Source: Tricharina praecox (Eukaryota). From it: 64,000 nt of DNA. Positions 48,071 to 60,100 of the stretch are shown here, piece after piece. Made by a program: the position numbers and the translations under genes. Positions within the stretch are counted from its first letter, which is position 1. Every line of letters begins with the position of its first letter. Location: assembly GCF_024521635.1 (NCBI RefSeq), contig NW_026250435.1, positions 186,001 through 250,000 of the forward strand, in the 5' to 3' direction. The notes below the pieces were generated by a model that made no database searches, was not told where the DNA came from, and saw nothing but the letters and a program-made list of their open reading frames with translations.

Positions 48071-51000
48071 TTCACTGACAGCTGAAATTGTGAATCATCT
48101 ACAAGCTACTACTAGAGTATCTGCCCAGAGGAAAAGGAACTTGGGACTTCGAAGGGCTGACTGTCTAGGTACTCAATGATGTAGAGTACATGGGCGGCGG
48201 CGGTGGTGGCCGGTGGTGGTTGGTAGTGGTAACCATAGTAATGATTGGTAGTGATAGTAGTAGTAGTAGTAGCAGTACCGTAGTAGAGTTGCCGGTATTT
48301 ACCGCACTTTGTACAACTCATCTGCTTTTTTTCCTTTCTTTTCTTTTCTTTTTCTTCCTTTTTCTTTGATCTTTCCCGGGCAGCATAAGTATTACCGTAC
48401 CGGTTGCGGGCGTTCCTACCAGATTACACCCGATTCCACAGCGCGCTTCTCTCTCTCGCTGCTCTGCTCGCTGGAGCGCCCGGCCTTTTCGGATCGCACC
48501 AGTCTCGTGTCTCGTCTCGTCAAGTCAGCACAGCACCTTCCGGCCCACTCACTGCCAGTCTGCCAGTCTGCCACACCCACTGCCATACCCACTACTAGAG
48601 TACACCCGCTGCCAAAGCGAGGAGAAAGGGAAGAAGAAAAAAACTTCGAGACACCTCCGTCCAGGGTCGGCTATGTCTGCTACTCCGTCAAATTTCCCGA
48701 GTCCTCAGCGTCTTCCCTCCCTTCCCGCCCTTTCAAGTTCCCGGTGTTACCGTCGAAGCTCCCCCCATCCTCGTCGTCCTCGTCGTCCTGGTCGGGCGGC
48801 TCGTCGGGCGGCTCCCGTCAAATCAGATCATCTCAGATCATTGGGGCAGGGTGCGCACTTGCCTACTCTAGAACTCTAGCATCATCGGCGGCGGCGGCAG
48901 TAAGGGCCGGGGAGGATTTTCCATCGCCTCGCTCGCTCGCTCGCTTGCTTGCGCAATGGCTGCTCAATGGCTCCTCATCCTCGCTCGCGCAACGGCTCCT
49001 CGCTCGGAGCTCGTGGGAAAGAATGAGCGAGCCACCGAGCCATCCAGCCATCCAGCCAGCGAGGGAGCTTCTGCATGCTGCATCCTGCGAAACGGTCGTC
49101 GACCATCACCTACAAACAAAACAAAAACAAAAACGACTTTTGCGCGCGCGCAGAAAACCACAGCTGTAGATGTATGTATGTAGATGTTCTTCTGTTCTTG
49201 GGATTGAGTACATACTTTTGGCTCCGCCGTTAGTCGTGTATGTACCTCCTAGATCATATGTAAGTACATGTTATGTATGCACGCGTGGGAAACGCCACTG
49301 CATTTGCTGCTATGCTAGTTCTTCATGTATCATGTATGGCGAGGTTAGGTTAGGTGAGGTTACTGCTAGTAGATATAGACCTCGACATTGATACTATCTA
49401 AAGTAGAGGCTGTCTGTATCTGTAGGTGTCTGGGCGATGAGGGGGGAGAATTTAGAACTTGGGCGACGGGCGTTTCGCTTGCCATATTGAAGCCCTAGGA
49501 GGATTCACCAAATTTGTCGATAGTGGAGGATGAAGGATGGGAAGAGCGTTGGTGTTGGCGTTGGCGTTGGCGGGATACGGTATGTACCGGTATGGGAGGA
49601 GTTGAAGCCGCCGCCGCGGCTGCTGCTGCTGAGATGATGCTCACTTTTTTTTTATCTCGTTTCTGCATTTCTGCAGCATCAGCTTCATTCGTGCCCTCCC
49701 ACTCGTTCTCATCCCGGCACTAAAGTTTGCTATCTTTGAGTGTCTTGCCCCGGGTACGGATAAGGTATGTTGTAGTGTAGGGTGAGAACCGACGTCGATA
49801 TCGACGACAGCAAGGCGCATGCATTCATACCCTCTTGCTCCCGGTCTCACTCTTACTTTCACTCTCAATCTCACTGACCCCCCCGCCGCCGCTCGGTAAA
49901 GACACTTGCTCGCTCAATGCTGGCCTCTGTGCGCCCGAAGATTGGAGATTGAGTGTTTAGTGGTTCAGTGGTTCATGCAGTGATGGAAGGATGAGGTGGT
50001 GATGATGATGATGATGGCGTTGGTGATGGTGGTGGTGGCGGTAGTGTTGGAGGTGGTGGTGGCGGCGGAGATAGTGGTGGTGGTGGAAATGGAGTGCGGA
50101 GTTGATAGTGGAGGTGGCCATCAAGATAGTGGTGGTGGTGAAGATCAGATGGAGGTTGCATGCACATACACACATGCGATACCGTATGTGCAAAGGTGCG
50201 TAGCATATGTACAAAGTAATCTTGCGTGTTGTCATCTTTCTCTACCTGCCCGGCTCCTCCAGCTCCACCTCCTTCTCCTCCTCCAGCAGGTCGAGTCCAA
50301 TCCAATCGAGTCAATCAGCGCAGCGGCACACATCTGCTTGCCCCTCCGTCGTGGTCCGCCCGTCCGCCCGTCCGCCCATCCATCCATCCATCCTCCTCCG
50401 GGAAACGACAGCAAACATGCATTACTGTACATACATACATTCACCCTATCTACAAACGTACGTACGCACATACAGATTTCTTACTCACATCGCATCACAT
50501 CACAGCGAGCAACAATAGCACCGGCACCAGCAGGAGCAGCAGCGTAGTGCAGCAGCAGCGCAAATCCCTCTCGCTCGCACGCACGTACATGATGCCGTTG
50601 CTCATATCTCTGTCGCCAATTGGAAGCATCGCCCGCACTCCGCACTCCGCAGGGCAGGACAGGACAGGACTCCGGTCCGGTCCCGAATCCGGGACCGGAA
50701 ACATTCGCGAGCTTCGCTCGCCTCGTCGTCGATGGCGCGCGGCGGCCGCGGCGGAGAGATGCGGGGGTGGGTGGGGGGGGGGGGGGGGGGGGGGCGGCAC
50801 GGCCCACGGCCGGGCACATGTCGCGGTTGTTCCGCACAGTGGAGAGTGGAGTGGAGAGTAGAGTGGAGACCATGGCGAGAATGCCGCCGAGTGGATGTAT
50901 GGACGGATCAAAGTGACTGCGTCCGGGTCTACGACTCTACGACTCTACGTGCGGACTCCGGAGGGGTATCGTAAGCTGCGCTGCGCGGAACGAATACGCT

Positions 51001-54000
51001 AGATACATAGATCAGACCGCATCGATCGTGTCCCCTTGTTCGGGTGCACGTTCGTTCGTTTGTTGCTCGGTAGTCCTACTACCATTATTACTACTGCTAC
51101 TGCTACTGCTGCTACTGCTGCTACTGCTACTACTGCTACGGTTGCTAAGTAAGTCCTTACTGACTTGCTTGGGTCCTTGCACGAATTACCACGGTACTTG
51201 GTCGCTCCGGCTCGAATCGAACGGACGGCCGTTGTTCGGTCGGGGTCAGGGTATGTATGGTACACCACATGCTAGGTAGTGGACGGTGGCTTTGCGCTCG
51301 CCCTTCATGGCCACACCCACCCCTCCCCCTCACGACCTCCCCACCCCACCACTCCCCCCGTCGCACACTCAGGCCACAGTGTTAGTTACTTGGATACCAC
51401 CACCACCCACCACTACCACCACTACCACCCACCAGCACCTACCACGACCGGCCTTCAACCTGAAACGCGTCCTGGTACTCGTACTTCCCAATCCCCAACC
51501 CCACACCGTCCCTTCGCCTGCGGCCCTTTGATTGCTGTGGCCCGCACCGCACTGCACTTTACCCGCAAGTGTCGTTGGCGGGCTTCGCATCACTACCATC
51601 TCGGGCTTAGGCGACGGCTACCTAGCTGGTCGGATTGACGCTGTGTTTGGCCCAATAATTATTGCTGCCGCCGCGAAAAGAAAGAAGAAGTAGATATTGT
51701 AAGTACATGATGGAGGTTCCGGATACCCATCGGAGTTTCCTTCCCTATCCCCCCAATGTCATGTCTCCTCCACCGCTGCCCACCCACCGCGACCAATCGT
51801 AAGGCGCGGGTCCGCGTCGGCGCTGGTGGTTTTGGTGATTACGCAAGTACCCAAGCATGGTACCTTGAGTAAGTACCGTACTTGAGTAGGCTGGCTGCTA
51901 AGCAACAGCTGCTGGCGCTGACTCTAATCGTCGGCATCTCGTGGACGTCGTAGCGAGCAGTAGTAGTCTGTAGTAGTAGTTGAGCCGTAGGTGGATTTGT
52001 AGTAGGAGAGTCCCGGTAGCACTGCCTAGCATAGGCGCAGCACACCGGAAGCCTTCCCTCCCTCCCTCCCTCGCTCCATCCATCCCTCCCTCGCTCCCTC
52101 TTCCCTCCCTCTCCCTCTCCACCTGGAGTATGGTATGGTACGGTAGATAATACTAGAGCACCCTAGGTAAAGTAACCATCTCCTACCCACGGTTGATGCC
52201 GAAGGGGGTCCGTCGGTCGGTCGTCGACGACGAGACGAAACTCTCGCGCGCCCGCTAGTTAAGCTACCCAAGCTTGACGCCGTCCGTCCTTTACCGTTCC
52301 GTCCGTTCGTTCGTTCGTTCGTTCGTTCGTTCGATGGTTCGTTCGTTGGTCTGGTCTGCCAGGTCTGGGAATCCCCGTCCCATCTATTTTCAATTCTCCA
52401 CGCTCTTTTTTTTCTTACATACCACCACCCCTCCCACCAAGCCCATCGTCCGAGGCGATAGTTTTTACTCTATCTTTCTTTCCTTCCCCCACAATTCGGC
52501 CCTTGTTTTTGAGGCTTCGTTTTGGCTTCGCTTTTCGCTTTAGTCACAATGTGGCTTGACCCCATCGTGAATTGAGACGGAAAAGAATAAAAACAAAAAC
52601 AAAACCAAATGAAAAATCCAGCACGCACGCGCCGGAAGGTATCGCGTCCGTCTCTCCCATTCTCATCCCATCCATCCTTCGCTTTGGCATCCGTCTTCTC
52701 GGTTCGCAAAACAAGTACCCGTACATGCCGCCTAATTGCGGTGGTTGAATCCGCCGGCCGGCCGTCTGGCTCTGGCTCTGGCCTCTGGCGTGTAGTGCAG
52801 TTAGTTATCGGGAACGAGCTCGAGTGGTTCCTGTCCTGTCCTGTCCGCTATGATACATGCGAATTCTGCCTAGCCACAACCACCCTTCACACTCGCACAA
52901 TCCCCCCTCACCCCTACCGCTTCCTTCCGCGTACGTACGTTGCCTGTGCCTGCCTGCCTGCCTGCCCGCCCGCGCGCAGAAGGGGGGCCACCAAAAACAA
53001 TAACAATAACAGCCAGAACGGACCCGGAATTGAAGTCGCAGTCAGTTGAAGGAAGTCAAACCCCGTAGATACATGCGCTTTTCCTGCGGAAATTCGGAGC
53101 GACCGTGCGCGCGATTCTTCATACTATCGTAGAGTACCTACTACCTAGGCCGCCGGTCTTTTAACATTCGCTTCCTTGCATTTCTTTGCCCCTAGATCGA
53201 TAATTTCAATATTCGATACATTTCGATATTCTAGAAGCGGGAAAGAAAGACAGAAAGAACAGGAAAAAAAAAGAAAAGGGAAGAAAGAAGGAAAAAAGAG
53301 ACAGGGCCAGACATAGGGTCTGCCTGCCCTTCAATACCTTCATATATCTTGATTGGCTCTCCCCCTCTTCAATCAATCAATCCCTCCTAGCCTTCTTCCT
53401 TCCACGTCCGTCTCTTCTTCACCACCGCCGCGCGCGTTTCGTCGTTCCTTCGCTCTTTTTTTCTTCTTCTTTCTTTTTGAATTGAATTCAACGGGGCCGG
53501 ATAGCTCGTCCGTCCGTACGTCCGTCAGCCTTCTTCCCTTCAAGGCCCGACCGAATCTTCGACCGACCCGACCGAGCATTTTCTCGTGCTGTGCTGTGCT
53601 AGACGCATTGGCTGCTGGATCAGTAAAAAGAGTAGAAATATTCGCCCTTCTTACATACTGGTCGTTCTTTCGTTTCCACGACCCTTTCCCCCGACTCTCA
53701 CTTTTTCTTCTTCTTTGTTCGTGTGCACGGTGGTGAATTCCAAAGCCCCAGCCGAATAGCTTGCCCTTCGAAAGAAAAAACGACGGCTTCGGCAGATATT
53801 TGGACGGACGGACAGACAGACAGACCCAGACGGCCAGACCGACTGGATTGTATACGGGAAACGCACGGCAAGACTGCGGCCAGTACGGACAGGACAGGAC
53901 ATACTGCCAATCCCCATAGGTACCATACCTACAGCATAGTACGGCAGCTGCTTCTTCTCGAGCTACATACATACATAGCAAAAGTACGCAGCACGTAGTA

Positions 54001-54202
54001 CGCAGCACGCACTCGTTAGCTACCTACGGTCTACCGACCTACCTGGCCAGCTTTTCGGGACCACCGCAGCTCTATTTTTCTCTCGCTCGCCCTCGGAAGC
54101 CTTTTCAGCAGCAGCAGCAGTCGCAGCAGCGCGCTTTCAGGCCCGGTACAATATCACAGCACAGGCACTGCCGCAGCAAAGTCCCCTCCCCCCCATCACC
54201 AT

Positions 54203-54287
54203 CAGCAGCAGCAGAAGCAGCAGCAGCAGAAGCAGCAGCAGCAGAAGCAGCAGCAGCAGAAGCAGCAGCAGCAGAAGCAGCAGCAGC
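54203..54287. repeat. 15-bp (GCAGCAGCAGCAGAA)-type repeat upstream of the homeobox gene
   Basis: CAG triplets interrupted at regular intervals by AAG; about 5 units. Confidence 0.9.
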
Positions 54288-55206
54288 GTCAACAACACAC
54301 AGCACGCCCCACCGATACGGGAAACCCACTACAACTTGCATATATAACCGGATTCTTTGCCACACACACTCCCTCACACACACCCACACACACTCCGCTC
54401 ACTCACTCACTCACTCACTCACTCACTCACTCACGCCCTTCCTCTCTTTCGCGCGTTTCGATACCCCGCCATCAGAACGGACGACAAACACCATACCCAT
54501 ACCTTGCCGATCCCACCTGTTCGACTCGACAGGTTTTCGGAGTTCTTCTAAATATCCGCTGCACTGCACCTGCAGCCAGCTTGCGGTCTTTTTCCGCTAG
54601 TCGAACACCGCATCCCGACACCACCTCCACCTCCACTACCACCACTACTACTACCAAACCAAGCCACCCACCCCCCCTCCACCCTCCACCCTTCCACCTC
54701 AATATAATCCCGCACAAAGTCAGGATTCACTACATCTATTAACTCGGTCCCGGAATCCAACTGGAAAAAAAAACGAAGGAAAAAAAAGAAACATATCTTC
54801 AACACCTTTGTGGATGTATCTGACCGTCAAATAACTCGATAACTCGATCGGATAGCAACCACAATACCACCCATCAAGTTACCCAACAGCTCCGGTGGTG
54901 TGATCGTCATATCAGGAACATCTCGCACAGTCACCCTCCAACCACACAGCACCGCACAGCCATCAGCCATCAGCCATCACCCACCACACATCAGCCATCA
55001 CCCATACACTGATAGCACCCTGCATACCTCATAGATTGATTGCTGTGTCCGCTACACAACTCAACCTCAACCCTTCACCTTCGAAATCTTTCACCGTGCC
55101 TGCCTTACTCCAGACCAGTCAGCCTCCGTCAGGGAGAGGCTTAGGAGGAGGAGTAGGAGGAACTTGGGGGGACGATTCGCATTTCAAATCGTCAACCTCT
55201 CCCGAG

Positions 55207-57141
55207 ATGTCCGAGTTCGGTACCGACACTGCGTCACACCTGTCCTGGAGGGATTCCCAGCATATGGAGAGAGACACTTCGTCTGGAGTTTCCACCGAAC
55301 AAGAGCACCAGGCCGGCCATCGGTCGTCGCAGTCGCACCTTTACGACCACTACACTACGCCCCCGGCGGTCTCTGAAACCGAAGAGTGGTCTGCCTCGGC
55401 ATCCCACGAAGGGCATGGTATGGTCAGCTCGCCGCACTCGCAAGCCTCCACCGGCTCCATGATAGATAGTCCACGGTCCCAGCACTCTGAAAGTCGCCGT
55501 TCAGTCGACATGACTGCCTCCACCCAGTCCAACCACTCCGACTCACAGCACATGTCCTTGAGTGAACGAAGACAAGAGAAGCGAAAGATGAAGCGTTTCC
55601 GGTATGTAACCCCACTCCGCGTTGCTTCCCCCAAACACACACACACACACCTCACTGCTCCTCCTCCTCCCGTCCAACCTTCGGGGGGGTTGGGGTAGTG
55701 ATTTTGGGCGCAACTCCTTCTCCCTCTCCATTACTCTACTGTATGACGGTTCGCTAACTCTAGATGTTTCATTGTATACAGACTCACGCACAACCAGACA
55801 CGTTTCCTCATGAGCGAGTTTGCGCGACAGGCACATCCAGATGCAGCCCATCGGGAACGGTTGGCTAGGGAGATACCTGGGCTGAGCCCGCGACAGGTCC
55901 AAGTGTGGTTCCAAAATAGGTGCGTGATGACATCCCTCCCACAGATCTGCATGGTTTTTCCGGTTTCGCTGGGGGGCGTTTTTTTTATATTGTGCCGAGG
56001 TGACTAACAGTACTTTGTTTCAGGAGGGCCAAGCTGAAACGAATGAGCAGCGATGATCGGGAGCGCATGATGAAGTCCCGCGCATTGCCTGAGGAGTTCC
56101 CCATCCTCCAGACGTTGCACACGTACGGAGCTAGGATGATGGGCACCCCTGGAGCTTCGCCCACCGACTATTCCCCGTCAACGGCTGGCGGCATTGGATA
56201 CCACCGTCCGGACCCGCTCCGGCGGAGGTCGCACCTGGGCAACGACGACGATGTGGCCGTATCGCCGACGACACCGGCTTATGGCATGTCTTTCGCATCC
56301 AACACGCCATCCTCCGGCGATATGCTGTCCCCTGTCTCGACCAGCGGCGAGCGCTCAGGTTACCTCGGATATATGACTGCTCCGCTCGGTCCCCAGCAGC
56401 GAGGGAACCCCTTCTCCCGTACAGCCGACCCTTACCGGGCACATTCAAGTGTACCGCGCCTGCAGCTGCACGACACTCCGCGCAGTCTGAGTGAGAACTC
56501 GGGTTCACCGTTGGCAACCAGCACCACGTACGGTGGTCACGATGAGTATCAACACAGCCCTGGCGGATACTCGCTCCAAGGGATGTACAACAACCAAAAC
56601 GGCAACAACAACGAGCCGCCACGCAGTGTACCTCCGGATACTCCAGCGAGTCCTTATGTGCACAGCAATCCAGGTACGTTGGCTTCCTTCCCTTCCTTGC
56701 CCCTCTCTCCCGATACGATCGTGCTGACATATAGCAATAGGTGGCTTCACACATCCGTATCCCTCGCCGGCACCGGCATCTAACCATGGTCGGCCAAGCT
56801 TTCCGCCTCCACTGACGCTGTCGGAGTTCAAGTACTCGCAGCCCCCATTGACACCTCACTCGGGAACCATGTCGGGCTTCGCGACTGCCCCTCTAGCTCC
56901 GCCGCAAGAGTACCAGATCCCGCAGATGAGTGCGCCGGCAGATTCAACCTCCTTCAGCTCGTCTTACTTGACTCGGGCCTCGGGCGGTTCGCTCGGATCG
57001 GCGACAGCGCCGAATGCGCCTAGCTCGACACCGCAGGAGGTGGAGCGGGCAAGGTTATCAGTGGGCGGACGGGAGTTTGGACATCAGCGCAAACGGTCAT
57101 CGTCTCATCCCCCGAGCTTCATTGGAAGCCGTGATCCTTGA
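55207..57141 (+). CDS. Homeodomain transcription factor of the PAH1/KAL-1 type. Exons 55207-55601, 55782-55919, 56024-56673, 56741-57141; the true start may lie upstream
   Basis: Spliced homeodomain KRKMKRFR|LTHNQTRFLMSEFARQAHPDAAHRERLAREIPGLSPRQVQVWFQNR|RAKLKR with helix-3 WFQNRR. Three canonical introns restore one frame. Confidence 0.93.
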
Positions 57142-60100
57142 GATGTCAAACAGAGATCAATTGACTTCATGGCTTGTTTCTGTTTTTTTTTCTTTCTTTT
57201 TTTCATCCGGTGAAGTGGTGGGGTTCTAGACACTTCATTGTGCCATAGGGAATGGGGGTCTTGTTTTTAGGGAGCCATTTTTCCTTCTTTTTTTTTCCTA
57301 TATTTTTTTAACGGCGTGGACGGCCTTTTGCGGGTTGGTTACGGTTTGTCTTTTTTGTTTTTTTTACATTTGTTTTGTTTGTATCCTGCCCGACGGATGA
57401 CGCTTGTGCGCTGTAGATATCCCCTCCTCCATCGCACCTCATCATGTTTACACCCCAATCAACGACACGAAAACGGCCTTTTCAACGGCTTCCTTCCTTC
57501 TGACATTCAACTGTTCATATTCGTTCAAAATTCGGAAATTCGGGGGGAATCGACATACCGGAGAACGACGACGACGAAAGCTTCAATACCTCGCCGCCGC
57601 CCTCGCCTTCACAACACTCTGAGAGCTTTGGAAAAGCGAGTGGTGGTGGTGGTGTGGGAATTGAGCAGCTTGGGGGGAAGGTTACTTTATTTTTTGTTTT
57701 TTTTCTTCCCATCTTTTTTCATCTTCCTTCCTCTTACTTTTCTAGTACATGCTTATGCTATGCTGCTTGCCGTCTGCTTCTTCTGTATTTATGTTATGTG
57801 TTTATGGTGTTTGTTGTTTTTGCTTTTTCTGTTTTTTTTTTAGTGTGGAAAAAAAGAAAAAAGGCAGGTTCTTTTTTTTCTTTTCTTTGTGTGTGCTTTT
57901 TTTTTGTGTTTGCTTTTTTTCTCTTTCTTGTCTATTTTTTTTTTGCGCTTCTCGCACCGCAGATTTTTTTTCTTTCTACGATTCGATTTGATATGGCATG
58001 AGGGCTTCTTCTACTTGGGTGTGGGTTGGAAAAGGTTGAACATGGTTGGACATGGTTGGACGGGGTTGGACAAGGTGGGGAGAAAGGATGGAAGGAACAG
58101 GGCATGAACTAGAGGCAAGGCAAGGCAGAACTGGACTGGGGCAGGACAGGACTGGGGCAAGACAGGACTGGGGATGGATGGAAGGATGAAGGATGGCTAT
58201 GGTTATGCGGGAGGGAGGAACAGGAATCTTCGGGAGGGTGTAGATAGACAACCGCAGCCATTTTCCTTACCATGGACACGGACACGGGGCTGGGGATACG
58301 GGATACCTAGGGGGATAGGAAAAGGGAAAAGGGAAATGCAAAGGGAAAGAAAGAAGCCTTTCAAAAATCAAACATTCAAGATTCGAGATTCACTGCCACT
58401 TGACTGCGTGCTTTTGCCTGTGTTTGCCAGCGCCTGTGAAACAAACAAAACAAAACAAAAACAAAACAAAAACACATCGTCGCCACGTGCGAAAAGAAAA
58501 CGGCTGTTGTTTTGTTTTTTTCTTTCCTTTTTTTTCTTTCCTATGATCGAGTACTAGTAATAGATGTCTCGCGTTTTTTGGCTTGTGATAGATAAAAACC
58601 AAAACCCAAAACCCAAAGAAGGAAGAAAATAGTAGGCGGCCGGAGTATCGCTCCCTCCCAGCCGGCGGGCGGGCGGGCAGCCTTTTTCTCTTGCGTTTTT
58701 CTCATGTTTTGTTTTTTTGTTATTTATTATTCCACCTCCTCTCGTCTCGTCTCGTCTGCGCAGGACGGACAGTACGGGCAGCACGGACAGTACGGGCAGC
58801 ACGGACAAAACGGACAAAACGGAGCATCCTGCCCGTTGTGTACGTCCGTACATAACTATCGCAACGTACATATCGTGCGTCCGTACATAACGTACTACAT
58901 AACGTACTACATAACGGGAAAGGGGTGTGTGTGTGTGGGGGGGGGGGGGGGAGGGGGGGGTATCTCGCTCGCTCGGTCGCGGGTACTACAGCGGTGCTAC
59001 AGCGGTACTACAGTACTACGCGACGGCGACACTACTAGGTAGAACGGTAACTTCTATTTCGGGCGCGAGCTGCTTCGTTGCTCTTTCTATCTTTCTTACT
59101 CTTCTCTCGCTCCATCCTCTTGGAGAAGTGGGCAGTGGGCGGTGGGCGGTTGATGCACGCACATTCGACCCTCGACCTTGACCCTCGTTCCCTGCATTGC
59201 GGCGAAGGAAGAAGGAAGTAGGAAGAAGGGAGAAGGGTTACTTACGGGCGTCGGGCGAGGCGCACGGCTGTGATACTATAGAGTGCGGATGTGGTGGACA
59301 TGGTGGATGTGGGATGTGGATGCAGGGACGTTGGCTGTCGCTCTACAACGATAGATAGATAGTCTATATGTGTGTGTGTACATACGGTACTCTACTACGA
59401 TACTCCCTACCTCCAGTTCCAGTTCCGCACCTCAACCCCCGACTCCCCTACGACCCCGTATCGTCTCGTCTCGTCTCTCGCTCGCTCACGGCTACGTATC
59501 GTATCGTGCACATCGTATGAGGGAAAAGGGAAATGCGGGATGACGACGATTGAGATGGGGCCTCCTCAGTTCTGTCTGGAGGGTCCACGTTTCACTTTCA
59601 CTTTCTGCTATTTTTTTCTTTTCTTCTTTTTCGGTTTTCACGCTGATTCTTTCTCTGCGCTGGGACTGGGAAATGCGGGATGTGGTGGAGGTGGAGGTGG
59701 TGTAGGTGGAGGTGATGGTGGTGGTGGGTGGTGGTGGTGGTGGTGGTTTGACGCTCGCAATCGGCTCGATCTGGTGCTGGGGAGGGGTGGCCTAGGTTTC
59801 TGCCTGTTCCTTCTCCAACTCCCTCGGTGAGAAGATGATGGCGAGACGCTGGTCGACAGGATGAGACGGTAGAAGTCGGAAGGGCCGCGCGACACCTGGG
59901 TGTTTCGATGATGATGACGACGATGATGATTGTGGTGGTGGTGATGGTGGTGGTGCTGCCGCTTCTGCTGATAGACAACGGAACGTAGGCCAGGGCTGTG
60001 AGAATGAAGATGGTTGAGGAAGAGGTGAGATCGAAAGGATTGATGTGATGCTGCGTGAGTTGTCAAGATGTCATGGTCAAAGCTGGGCGACAAGATGCTT

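Noticed and set aside
47846..48179. ORFs with repeating MFGYVWLCLA peptide; also a possible CRISPR-like look
   Set aside because: Translation artefacts of the 10-bp minisatellite; no unique spacers, and the context is eukaryotic.
48309..49169. 286-aa ORF and other 100-250 aa low-complexity ORFs in the desert
   Set aside because: Mostly non-ATG starts, composition driven by microsatellites, and no domains.
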